This document shows, one piece after another, positions 18,421-27,227 of a stretch of DNA of 62,132 bases. Origin of the DNA: an uncultured Bacteroidota bacterium (lineage in GTDB: Bacteria > Bacteroidota > Bacteroidia > Bacteroidales > FEN-979); contig CALCGJ010000159.1 in the NCBI GenBank assembly GCA_937900965.1, positions 1 through 62,132 of the forward strand, read 5' to 3'. A model generated the notes under the pieces. The model saw only the letters and a program-made list of their open reading frames with translations. It ran no database searches and had not been told where the DNA came from. The translations under genes and the position numbers were made by a program. The stretch's first letter is position 1. Every line of letters starts with the position of its first letter.

Positions 18421-20241
18421 TTAGTATCTCTTTCGCGGAGTATAGTGAGTATGGAGTAGTTCGTGGGATTTATGCCCTAGTGGTTTCACCAGGAAGTCCT
18501 TGTAGATCTCTTGAACATCAGGGTTATCATGCGATTTTCTAAGGGGCATACCCATGTCTTCTTTGTAAATAGCCTCTTTCCTTTTGGCCCGGATCTCTTT
18601 ATTCGTAGGGATAGGTTGTCCACCACCACCCAAACAACCACCCGGACAGGCCATGATCTCGATAAAATGGTAGCTGGCGGTTCCGTCCTTAACGTTTTGC
18701 ATCACCTGCTTGGCATATGCCAGGCCGTTGGCAACTACACATTTCAATTCCACCCCCTCCAAAAACCTGAACTCTGGTTTGGTTTTGGTAATCAGCAGGG
18801 TGGCTTCACGTACCTCTCCTTCTGTTCCGCGGACCGGAGTAATATTGAGGTCCTCAAATGGGACATCCCGTCCTGTTACCAATTCATATACAGTTCGAAT
18901 AGCAGCTTCCATCACTCCACCTGTGGTGCCGAAGATCACAGCTGCCCCGGTGGAGGCTCCCATGATGCTGTCGAAATGACTGTCAGGCAACTTCTCGAAC
19001 TCAAGGCCTGCCTGGGTAATCATGATTGCCAGTTCGCGTGTAGTAAGCACGTAATCCACATCTTTGTATCCACTGGAACGCATCTCGGGGCGATCTGCTT
19101 CAAATTTTTTCGCAGTACATGGCATAATGGAGACCGAAACCACATTCTTTGGATCCAGCTTCTTTTTCTTTGCGTAGTAGGTCTTCACGAGGGCTCCAAA
19201 CATCTGCTGTGGAGATTTACATGTGGAGAGGTTGGGGAGTAGTTCCGGGAATGTATGTTCCAGGAATTTAACCCATCCGGGGGAGCAGGATGTCGCCATT
19301 GGGAGAGCTACCCTGGGATCCTTATCCACAAGTGCACTCTTCAGCCGTTCCAGGAGTTCATGCCCCTCCTCAATGATTGTCAGGTCAGCTGCAAAGTCTG
19401 TGTCGAGGACAGCATCGAAACCTAACCGTTTAAGAGCAGTCACCATCTTTCCTGTGACAATCTTTCCGGGAGCAAACCCAAGGGTTTCTCCAAGAGCGAT
19501 CCTTACAGCAGGTGCGGTTTGTACAACAACATGTTTTGAAGTATCATAAATGGCATCCCAGACCTGGTCCACGTAGTTTCGCTCTATCAGGGCTCCGGTC
19601 GGACAACGGTTTACGCATTGTCCACAGTTTGTACACACGACCTCAAAGAGTGGATGCTCGAAAAAGGTGGAGATTTTCATCTTGTTGCCACGATAAGCAA
19701 CACCCAGGGCACTCACACTCTGCAGCTCTTCGCATGTTCTGACACACCGCTGGCAACGGATACAACGGCTGTCATCCTTGATGATTGCGGAGTTGAACCT
19801 ATCTATAGTGTACCTCTTATCAGGGACCAGGTCGAGGAACATGTGATCTCCTGTCAGCATCTGGGAGGCGAGCGATTGCAATTCACAAATCCCGTTTTTG
19901 TAACATTTTGTACAGTCGGCATTATGTTCCGACAGGAGCAGTTCTACGATGTGTTTGCGGGCAACGCGAACTTTTCCACTGTTTGTGTGGATCAACATCC
20001 CCTCTGCAACGGGCATGGCACAAGCTGCAGGCAGGGTTCTGGAATTCTCCTGCTCCACCACACAAACCCGGCAATTCCCCGCCACACATAGGTCTTCGTG
20101 GTAGCAAAGAGTAGGAATATGAATATTCAGCTTACTGGCAGCATCCAGAATTGTTGTGCCTTCGTCAACCGATACCTGGATTCCGTCGATGGTTAGATTT
20201 ATTTTTTTTGACATATTTGATTTCCCTATTTTCAGGTTCAT
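18421..20241 (-). CDS. hydA: [FeFe]-hydrogenase catalytic subunit (HydA, M3-type architecture)
   Basis: 606 aa. It has an N-terminal 2Fe-2S domain (CYHEDLCVAGNCRVC), a His-ligated cluster region (HNADCTKCYKNGIC) and 2x[4Fe-4S] (CIRCQRCVRTC...CTNCGQCVNRCP). H-cluster motifs are L2 MPCTAKKFE and L3 EIMACPGGCLGGGGQP. L1 reads TSCSPGW. The start may be ATG 20214 (MSKKINLTIDG). Confidence 0.9.
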   Translation of the reverse strand: MNLKIGKSNMSKKINLTIDGIQVSVDEGTTILDAASKLNIHIPTLCYHEDLCVAGNCRVCVVEQENSRTLPAACAMPVAEGMLIHTNSGKVRVARKHIVELLLSEHNADCTKCYKNGICELQSLASQMLTGDHMFLDLVPDKRYTIDRFNSAIIKDDSRCIRCQRCVRTCEELQSVSALGVAYRGNKMKISTFFEHPLFEVVCTNCGQCVNRCPTGALIERNYVDQVWDAIYDTSKHVVVQTAPAVRIALGETLGFAPGKIVTGKMVTALKRLGFDAVLDTDFAADLTIIEEGHELLERLKSALVDKDPRVALPMATSCSPGWVKFLEHTFPELLPNLSTCKSPQQMFGALVKTYYAKKKKLDPKNVVSVSIMPCTAKKFEADRPEMRSSGYKDVDYVLTTRELAIMITQAGLEFEKLPDSHFDSIMGASTGAAVIFGTTGGVMEAAIRTVYELVTGRDVPFEDLNITPVRGTEGEVREATLLITKTKPEFRFLEGVELKCVVANGLAYAKQVMQNVKDGTASYHFIEIMACPGGCLGGGGQPIPTNKEIRAKRKEAIYKEDMGMPLRKSHDNPDVQEIYKDFLVKPLGHKSHELLHTHYTPRKRY

Positions 20242-20247
20242 ATTTGA

Positions 20248-21414
20248 CTAGTAGATCATTTCCTCTCTGAAGTTGTAAACTATCGAGGAGAATGAATTTG
20301 CTACCGATTGTCCGAGGCCGCATTTGGCAGAGATCTTCATGCTTTCTGCCAGTTTCATTAACTGATCGAGATAAAGTGATTGTTTGTCTCCTTTTTTAAC
20401 GGCAACAATCCCTTTGCGTAACTGCTGGCAACCAACCCTGCAGGGAGTACATTGTCCACACGACTCCTCTTCAAAGAATTCAAGGTAATTGTGCAGCACA
20501 TTGTACATCGAACGGGAGCTATTGAAAAGCATCATCGAGCCTCCTGTAGGAACACCTTCAAATCCAATTACGGTCTCTGTAAACTTTTTTCGGGGAACGC
20601 AGAAGCCTGCGGCTCCTCCAACCTGGACCGCTTTCGTATCGCCATCACCAAACTCTTCAACAAATTTTTCCAGGGGCATCCCAAGTTCCAGCTCATAGAT
20701 CCCGGGGATCGGGGTGTCGCCCGAAACCGAGAAAACCTTTGACCCGCGTGAATCGGATGTACCCAGCAATTTGAATTGAATTGGCCCGAGTCGCATGATC
20801 ATCACAACATTGACAAAAGTCTCCACGTTATTGATCACAGTTGGTTTCCCCATGTACCCATAGGTGGTGGGGAAGGGAGGCTTGTTGCGGGGTTCTCCGC
20901 GGTATCCTTCCATCGATTCAAAAAGGGCACTCTCTTCACCGCAGATATAAGCACCGCTCCCAAGAACGATCTCAATGGGAAAATCAAATCCCATTTTGCT
21001 CATATGCTCATTATACTGTTCCAATTCACGCTTCAACTCCGGCATGAGGAATTGGTACTCTCCACGGAGGTAGATAAACCCTTTTTGTGCACCGATCACT
21101 TTTCCGCAAATAGCCATACCCGAGAAGACTTTTCTGGGGACCCGCGTGAGGATCTCACGATCCTTGAATGTCCCTGGCTCCCCCTCATCGGCATTGCAGA
21201 TCACATATTTTTCTTTTGACGGGGTTTCCGCTGCATATTTCCATTTGATGGCAGTAGGAAAGCCAGCTCCGCCTCGCCCCTTAAGTCCCGACTCGGTCAG
21301 GTCTTCCAGGATGTCCTCATTTGACCGTTTTAATGTGTCGGCCAGGACTTTGAATTTTACGCTTGAATATTCGCCGAAAATGAGGTCAACTCTTTTCAGT
21401 TTTGATTCTGACAT
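20248..21414 (-). CDS. hydB: NuoF-like flavoprotein subunit of the hydrogenase (HydB-like, minimal form)
   Basis: 388 aa with the FMN/NADH-site motifs GLKGRGGAGFPTAIKWKY and NADEGEPGTFKDR and the N3 cluster motif ESCGQCTPCR...KCGLG. No extra ferredoxin-type Cys motifs occur before or after the core. Confidence 0.85.
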   Translation of the reverse strand: MSESKLKRVDLIFGEYSSVKFKVLADTLKRSNEDILEDLTESGLKGRGGAGFPTAIKWKYAAETPSKEKYVICNADEGEPGTFKDREILTRVPRKVFSGMAICGKVIGAQKGFIYLRGEYQFLMPELKRELEQYNEHMSKMGFDFPIEIVLGSGAYICGEESALFESMEGYRGEPRNKPPFPTTYGYMGKPTVINNVETFVNVVMIMRLGPIQFKLLGTSDSRGSKVFSVSGDTPIPGIYELELGMPLEKFVEEFGDGDTKAVQVGGAAGFCVPRKKFTETVIGFEGVPTGGSMMLFNSSRSMYNVLHNYLEFFEEESCGQCTPCRVGCQQLRKGIVAVKKGDKQSLYLDQLMKLAESMKISAKCGLGQSVANSFSSIVYNFREEMIY

Positions 21415-21437
21415 AGGTTATTCTCCTTTTATTCTTG

Positions 21438-21905
21438 TTATAACTTACTGATATAATCACTGATGATGTCATGGACCCTCTCATGGGTGAGTCCGGTAAA
21501 AGGTTTCTCGTTGATCAGCATGGCAGGGCCCTCATGGCACCAACCAAGACAATTTGTCTCCAACAGTGAAAACTTTTTATTTGGTGTGGTCTCACCCACC
21601 TTTATCTTGAGCATCTCTTCAATCGTTTGAATGATCGTTCTTTTACCATGCATATCGCATGTGATGGTCTTGCAGACACGAATCACATACTTGCCCAGCG
21701 GTTCGGTTGATAGGAATGAGTAAAATGTTGCCGTCCCGAATACCTGGGCAGCAGAGAGATCCAACTCTTTGGCAATTTCTGTCATATCAGTGTCTGAAAT
21801 GAAATTTTTTGTCTCCACAACACCTTGTAAAATAGGTATTAGAGCTGTCCTGTTTGTGCCGTGTTTTTCAACTAAATCTCTGATTAGATGTTCGTTTGCT
21901 GTCAT
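21438..21905 (-). CDS. hydC: NuoE-like [2Fe-2S] thioredoxin-fold subunit of the hydrogenase (HydC-like)
   Basis: Cys pattern VCKTITCDMHG...NCLGWCHEGPA. The start is moved to ATG 21905 (MTANEHL...). The ORF-track TTG start at 21956 lies inside the predicted -7 promoter box. Confidence 0.8.
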   Translation of the reverse strand: MTANEHLIRDLVEKHGTNRTALIPILQGVVETKNFISDTDMTEIAKELDLSAAQVFGTATFYSFLSTEPLGKYVIRVCKTITCDMHGKRTIIQTIEEMLKIKVGETTPNKKFSLLETNCLGWCHEGPAMLINEKPFTGLTHERVHDIISDYISKL

Positions 21906-21953
21906 ATTACATGATTTGTTGCATGTGAAATCAAGATACCTTCTTTTTTTTTG

Positions 21954-21961
21954 CAAAACTA
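21954..21961 (-). promoter_or_regulatory. -7 promoter box TAGTTTTG for the hydCBA operon
   Basis: The reverse complement of caaaacta matches TAnnTTTG, ~45 nt upstream of ATG 21905. Confidence 0.5.
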
Positions 21962-21970
21962 TAATTTCTT

Positions 21971-21988
21971 TTGTTAATAAACTAACAA
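21971..21988. promoter_or_regulatory. Candidate Rex operator TTGTTAATAAACTAACAA
   Basis: One mismatch to TTGTTAA-N4-TTAACAA. It lies 10-27 bp upstream of the hydC -7 box, over the -33 region. Confidence 0.6.
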
Positions 21989-22018
21989 CTGAAGCAAAAT
22001 TAAGAAATTCTTATTGAA

Positions 22019-22864
22019 GTGTTATTAAATATGACCAGATCAGTTATAGTTTGTAATTTTACTCACGAAACTTCTCTGGCAAAATTTGAGACAACTTTGA
22101 ACCTGAACCGGTATTTCATAAAACTGGCTTACGACGGCACACGTTACCATGGGTGGCAGATGCAGCGAAACGCGCGCACCTTACAACAGGTGCTGGATGA
22201 TGCGTGTTCATTGATTTTACGGGAACCGGTGAAACTGACAGGTTGTGGGAGAACTGATGCCGGAGTCCATGCCAGGGAGTTCTTTGCTCATTTTGAGATT
22301 GAACCCAGATTATCTTTCGATGAGAGACAAAATCTTGTATATAAGCTGAACAGCTTTCTTGACAGTGACATTGCAGTGTACGATATGTTTCCTGTCAAAC
22401 CGAAAGTTCATGCCCGTTTCAGCGCACTGGCCAGGACCTATCATTATATAATAACCCGTTACAAAAATCCTTTTTCTGTCAATCATTCTTACTGTCTTTA
22501 TAGTAACCTGGATGTTGACATGATGAACAAAGGTGCTTCATTTCTGCTCGATGTCAATGATTTTACCTCCTTTTCCAAGGTCAATACTGATACCAAAACA
22601 AACATTTGCAGAGTTACATATGCGAATTGGGAGCAAAATATGAATGAACTGGTATTCCGAATCAGGGCAGATCGTTTCCTGCGAAATATGGTTCGTGCGA
22701 TTGTAGGGACATTGCTGGAACTGGGGACCGGTAAAATCACATTCGACGAATTCCGTCAGGTGGTAGCAAGTAAAAACCGTTCAGATGCAGGGGAATCGGT
22801 TCCTGCAGCAGGATTATTTCTCTTTTCAGTGGATTATCCTCCGGGATTGATTTTGGATCACTGA
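22019..22864 (+). CDS. truA: tRNA pseudouridine(38-40) synthase TruA
   Basis: RYFIKLAYDGTRYHGWQMQ...GCGRTDAGVHA (catalytic Asp). The true start is probably later, at ATG 22031 or the in-frame TTG at 22097 just before NLNRYFIKL. Confidence 0.9.
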   Translation: MLLNMTRSVIVCNFTHETSLAKFETTLNLNRYFIKLAYDGTRYHGWQMQRNARTLQQVLDDACSLILREPVKLTGCGRTDAGVHAREFFAHFEIEPRLSFDERQNLVYKLNSFLDSDIAVYDMFPVKPKVHARFSALARTYHYIITRYKNPFSVNHSYCLYSNLDVDMMNKGASFLLDVNDFTSFSKVNTDTKTNICRVTYANWEQNMNELVFRIRADRFLRNMVRAIVGTLLELGTGKITFDEFRQVVASKNRSDAGESVPAAGLFLFSVDYPPGLILDH

Positions 22865-22879
22865 TGACACAGAGGTTTT

Positions 22880-24175
22880 TCAAGGTAATGACTTTGCTGT
22901 TATTATTGAGTTTACAGCCTGGATAATCGACCGGGCGTTAAGTCCATATTTTTGCATGAGCTCCTTTGGTTCTCCCGATTCACCAAAGTGATCAGGCATC
23001 CCTACGAATTTCATGGGCACTGGACATGCTTCAGCCAGAACTTCGGCAACTGCACTTCCCAGACCTCCTGTCACCTGGTGCTCTTCTGCTGTGACGATGC
23101 CTCCTGTCTCCTGTGCTGCTTTTACTATGATCTCGCGGTCAATCGGTTTGATGGTGTGGATGTTAATGACTCTTGCCTGGATGCCTTCTTCCATTAAGAG
23201 CTGAGCAGCCTGAAGGGCTTCCCAAACAAGGTGCCCGTCCGAAGCGGAAGTAGACTGGGCCCTGAGTATGGTGAATCGCATGCTGGGTGGCGATTTTTGT
23301 CTGGGTTGCATCGCATGGGGATAGAACTGTCATGTTGGGTAGCACCCGCATAACTGCCACATCTTCCAGCGCCTGATAGGTGGCTCCATCGGGACCGACA
23401 GAGAGACCCGCATGGGCACCGCCTATCACCACATTCAGGTTGTTGTAACATACCGAAACTCGGATCTGGTCAGTAGTCCTCAATGCGGCGAAAACACCAT
23501 ATGTTGCAAACGCCGGGATGCTTCCCGTTTGGAAGGGGCCTTTCCATGCCAGCGGTAATCTCCTTCTATCGACTTCACTCCTTTCCCCATCTTTGTATAG
23601 GCAAGTATTACAACCGGCTTTCCAGTAACCTGTTGTCCCATTTGGAGACTTGAAATAAGATCCCGGTGGTTATTCCCGTCGCACTCTACCACTTCCCAGC
23701 CAAATGCTTTCCATTTCTCTTTCAGCGGCTCAATGGCCATCACCTCTTCTGTTTTTCCGTCAATCTGAACCCCATTCCGGTCAACGACGGCGATCAGGTT
23801 GTCCAGTTTCAGGTGGGATGCTGCCATAGCTGCTTCCCATACAGATCCTTCCTGGAGTTCACCATCACCCAAAACACAGTAAACCCGCCACAATTTAGCA
23901 TCCATTTTTGCTGCAAGAGCCCTGCCAACGGATACTGAGAGCCCTTGCCCCAGTGAACCGGCAGATAATTCCAATCCTGGTAATCCGTGTTCACGGCCCG
24001 GATGTCCCTGAAGCCGGCTTCCAGGTTTTCGGAGTGTTGCAAGTTCGGTTTCAGGGAAATATCCAACCCTGGCCAGTGTGGTATAAAGGATAGGAGCTAC
24101 ATGACCGATTGAGAGAATCAGACGGTCCCGGTCAGAGAATTCGGGGTTGTCAGGATCATAATTATCGCATGTCAA
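22880..24175 (-). pseudogene. Decayed split transketolase (remnants of the N-terminal TPP-binding and C-terminal subunit genes)
   Basis: Three ORF fragments lie in three frames. ORF 23480-24175 starts at ...DPDNPEFSDRDRLILSIGH and lacks the first ~50 aa. Near 23525 the N-subunit tail (WHGKAPSK) is joined out of frame to mid C-subunit (TGSIPAFATYGVFAALRTTDQIR). Near 23238, GPVYFRFGR is joined out of frame to GHLVWEALQAAQLL...INIHTIKPID. Confidence 0.7.
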
Positions 24176-24797
24176 TCACTTCAACATCGTCGTAATCATC
24201 TGGATTGAACTCAAAATCCCCACTCTTGACTGGGACATTTGTCAGGAACTGGGTCACTTTGTAGGTAAAGATATTTCCGTTCTGGTCAAATATTTTGAAC
24301 AACTTAATCTGTTTCAGATTTTTATCAATGATGACGATTACCTTCTCATAACTTCCCTGAACAAAAGGGATCAATTCAACAGCTTCAACGTTTGCATCAG
24401 CCGCATCTTTATCCTGGATGAGACGCGATTTATAATTTGTATTGTAGGAAGTCAGAATATTGGCAGGCGTGATGGCCTCCTTCCGCTTGTCCATTTCATT
24501 GATCTGCACTTCATTGGATTCCCCGATGTAGGTCCATACCTTTTCTCCGTTGCAGAAGACTTCCTGGCCGGCCACATTAATCTTGTACTTATCCCCGGCT
24601 ACGAGCAGAGTACCAGTCTTTGTTTCATGAATTCTGGCCGCTTTGTTATCCATTGTGTAAGTGAAATCGGCTTTGATCGATGAATAGGTCTTGGTTTTGT
24701 TGCTGACCTCTTCTAACAGGGTTGTTGCTTTATCATCTTTCTGTGCAAAAAGGTTCAAACAGGTAATTGCCAGAAATATTCCAAGTAGTTGCTTCAT
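24162..24797 (-). CDS. lolA: Outer-membrane lipoprotein carrier protein LolA-like
   Basis: 211 aa with a signal peptide. The ADFTYTMDNKAARIHETKTGTLLVAGDKYKINVAGQEVFCNGEKVWTY pattern is typical of Bacteroidota LolA. Its stop overlaps the transketolase remnant by 14 nt. Confidence 0.8.
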   Translation of the reverse strand: MKQLLGIFLAITCLNLFAQKDDKATTLLEEVSNKTKTYSSIKADFTYTMDNKAARIHETKTGTLLVAGDKYKINVAGQEVFCNGEKVWTYIGESNEVQINEMDKRKEAITPANILTSYNTNYKSRLIQDKDAADANVEAVELIPFVQGSYEKVIVIIDKNLKQIKLFKIFDQNGNIFTYKVTQFLTNVPVKSGDFEFNPDDYDDVEVIDMR

Positions 24798-24815
24798 GTG
24801 TTACTAATTTTAATG

Positions 24816-27218
24816 TTAACCTTCAGTCATATTATTCAGGTATTCCTCCAGGGATCCCATATCCTTATACTTGACCTCCCTGGCTTTACTCCCTTCAAAA
24901 TGCCCCACGATACCGGCAGACTCCAGCTGGTCGATGATTCTGCCAGCCCGGTTGTATCCCAGTTTCAACTTCCGCTGGATCAGGGATGTGGAACCGTGCT
25001 GATGTTGTGTAACCAGGCGGGCAGCCTCCATAAAAAGTTCATCACGTTCGTTCGGGTTAAAATCTTTTCCGCTTCCATTCTCTTCATCATAATATTCCGG
25101 AAGGTTGAAAGCATCAGGGTATCCCCGCTGGGAACCAATGTATTCCGTCACTTTATCCACCTCAGGTGTATCTACAAAAGCACACTGTAACCTGATAAGG
25201 TCACTACCTGTGGAGAGCAGCATATCACCCCGCCCAATGAGTTGATCAGCCCCACTGCTGTCGAGGATGGTACGGCTGTCGATCTTGGAGATAACCCGGA
25301 AAGCAATTCTGGCCGGGAAGTTTGCCTTGATAGTGCCGGTAATGATATTCACTGAAGGCCTCTGGGTGGCGATGATCAAGTGTATTCCGGTAGCCCGGGC
25401 CAATTGTGCCAACCTTGTCAGTGGAGTCTCAATTTCCCTTCCGGCCGTCATGATCAGGTCGGCAAACTCATCAATAATTACCACGATATAAGGTAAAAAC
25501 TTATGGCCGTCGTTGGGATTAAGTTTCCGGGTAAGGAACTTTTCATTGTATTCCTTAACATTTCTAACCTGGGCATCCCGAAGGAGATCGTATCTGGAAT
25601 CCATCTCAATATTCAGGGAGTTAAGTGTTCGGATCACTTTTTTGGTGTCGGTGATGATCGCATCTTCCGAGTCGGGGAGCTTGGCCAGGTAATGACGTTC
25701 AATTTTTGAGTAGAGAGTGAGTTCAACCTTCTTCGGGTCGATAAGCACAAACTTGACTGTTGCGGGATGTTTCTTGTAAAGGAACGAGGTGATGATGGCA
25801 TTGAGTCCAACCGATTTCCCCTGACCGGTTGCTCCTGCCATAAGAAGGTGTGGCATCCTGGTAAGATCGGCAATGAACGTTTCATTGGAGATGGTCTTTC
25901 CCAGTACAAACGGTAACTCAAAGGGGGAATTCCTGAACTTCTCGGAAGCCAGCAACGACTTAATGGAGACGATCTCAGGGTTCTGGTTAGGCACTTCAAT
26001 CCCGATAGTGCCTCTTCCGGGAATTGGGGCAATGATCCTGATTCCTAATGCTGCAAGTCCCAGGGCAATATCATCTTCCAGATTCTTGATACGGGAGATC
26101 CTTATGCCTGCCTCGGGAACAATCTCATAAAGTGTGACAGCAGGACCGATAGTGGCTTTGATCTTCTGGATCCGGATGTCGTAATTGCCTAATGTCTCCA
26201 CGATCCGGTCTTTATTTGCCTCCAGCTCATCCTTATTCACAATCAGCGAATCGCCTCCATAGTCACTCAGCAACTTCAAAGGAGGAAATTTGTAATTCTT
26301 CAACTCAAGGGTTGGGTCATAGAGTGTATCTATCCCAAAATGCTCACCTTCGCTTACGGCTTCGTCAGTTTCGCCGGTAGGATGCTCTATCTGAAGTTCA
26401 ATGTCGGCATGAGGAGTTGCAGGAAGAAACCCGTCATCAACGGGAGAGGGTTCCGGGATATCCTCATTCAGCTTGTTAACGGGTAATTCAACCGTCGGCT
26501 CGCCGGTTGCTTCTGTCCTGTCATCCCCATCACCTTCATCACTCCCATCACTCCCATCACCTCCATCACCACCATCACCTCCATCACCTCCATCACCTTT
26601 TTTAGGCTTTGAAGGATGCATCCACCTAAACGGAATGTTGAAAGTGAGAATTGTAAAGCTGAGGCCGGTGAAAATAAGCAACAGGATCAGCCCTGATATG
26701 CCAAGATATTCCATTAGCCAGAGATTCATCTGGTAACCGTATACTCCTCCGAGGATATCATTCGAGGGATACAGAAGTCCAAAAAAAACCGGAAACCAGA
26801 GGATGCCGAAGAAAGAGTATTTGATGGTTCTGGATAGAGGAATCAAGGTGTAATGAAAAAAGAGCTTGATTCCCGATATAATTAATACAAGTACAACAAA
26901 AAGAGCAGAAACCCCGAACCATTTGGTGATAAACAGGTAGGATGTAATAGCCCCTGTTTTTCCCATCCAGTTCTCTACATGGATGCTTTTATCGAAGAGG
27001 TAGCTTAATGAGAAGTGTTTGAAAATCGTATCGGCAAAGTTGTAATCGTCCTTCCAGGATTGGAACCATGAGGTAAACGAAAATAGAAGAAAGAGTCCGA
27101 ACAATAGGAGAAACAGACCCAGGACCCTGAACTTTTGATCCCTTTTTGTAAGCTCCTCTTTCGTCAGCTCTTCTTTCGTACGCTTAAGTTCCCTCTTTGG
27201 TTTCGCCTTTTTTGCCAT
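24816..27218 (-). CDS. ftsK: DNA translocase FtsK
   Basis: 800 aa with N-terminal TM helices, a low-complexity G/D linker, a motor domain (GATGQGKSVGLN Walker A, VVIIDEFADL) and a C-terminal gamma domain (STSLIQRKLKLGYNRAGRIIDQLE). Confidence 0.95.
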   Translation of the reverse strand: MAKKAKPKRELKRTKEELTKEELTKRDQKFRVLGLFLLLFGLFLLFSFTSWFQSWKDDYNFADTIFKHFSLSYLFDKSIHVENWMGKTGAITSYLFITKWFGVSALFVVLVLIISGIKLFFHYTLIPLSRTIKYSFFGILWFPVFFGLLYPSNDILGGVYGYQMNLWLMEYLGISGLILLLIFTGLSFTILTFNIPFRWMHPSKPKKGDGGDGGDGGDGGDGSDGSDEGDGDDRTEATGEPTVELPVNKLNEDIPEPSPVDDGFLPATPHADIELQIEHPTGETDEAVSEGEHFGIDTLYDPTLELKNYKFPPLKLLSDYGGDSLIVNKDELEANKDRIVETLGNYDIRIQKIKATIGPAVTLYEIVPEAGIRISRIKNLEDDIALGLAALGIRIIAPIPGRGTIGIEVPNQNPEIVSIKSLLASEKFRNSPFELPFVLGKTISNETFIADLTRMPHLLMAGATGQGKSVGLNAIITSFLYKKHPATVKFVLIDPKKVELTLYSKIERHYLAKLPDSEDAIITDTKKVIRTLNSLNIEMDSRYDLLRDAQVRNVKEYNEKFLTRKLNPNDGHKFLPYIVVIIDEFADLIMTAGREIETPLTRLAQLARATGIHLIIATQRPSVNIITGTIKANFPARIAFRVISKIDSRTILDSSGADQLIGRGDMLLSTGSDLIRLQCAFVDTPEVDKVTEYIGSQRGYPDAFNLPEYYDEENGSGKDFNPNERDELFMEAARLVTQHQHGSTSLIQRKLKLGYNRAGRIIDQLESAGIVGHFEGSKAREVKYKDMGSLEEYLNNMTEG
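26529..26600. repeat. In-frame 9-mer array (ATCACYNCC)x8 inside ftsK
   Basis: Encodes the GDGGDGGDGGDGGDGSDGSDEGDG linker and shares the TCACC core with the intergenic arrays at 2490 and 5471. Confidence 0.9.
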
Positions 27219-27227
27219 GGAGATTCA

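Noticed and set aside
23480-24175. Considered whether the transketolase fragments are a normal two-gene split transketolase.
   Set aside because: The N-subunit lacks its first ~50 residues and its normal C-terminus. The C-subunit lacks its first ~100 residues and is broken by a further out-of-frame deletion. Three frames are needed to read the homology.
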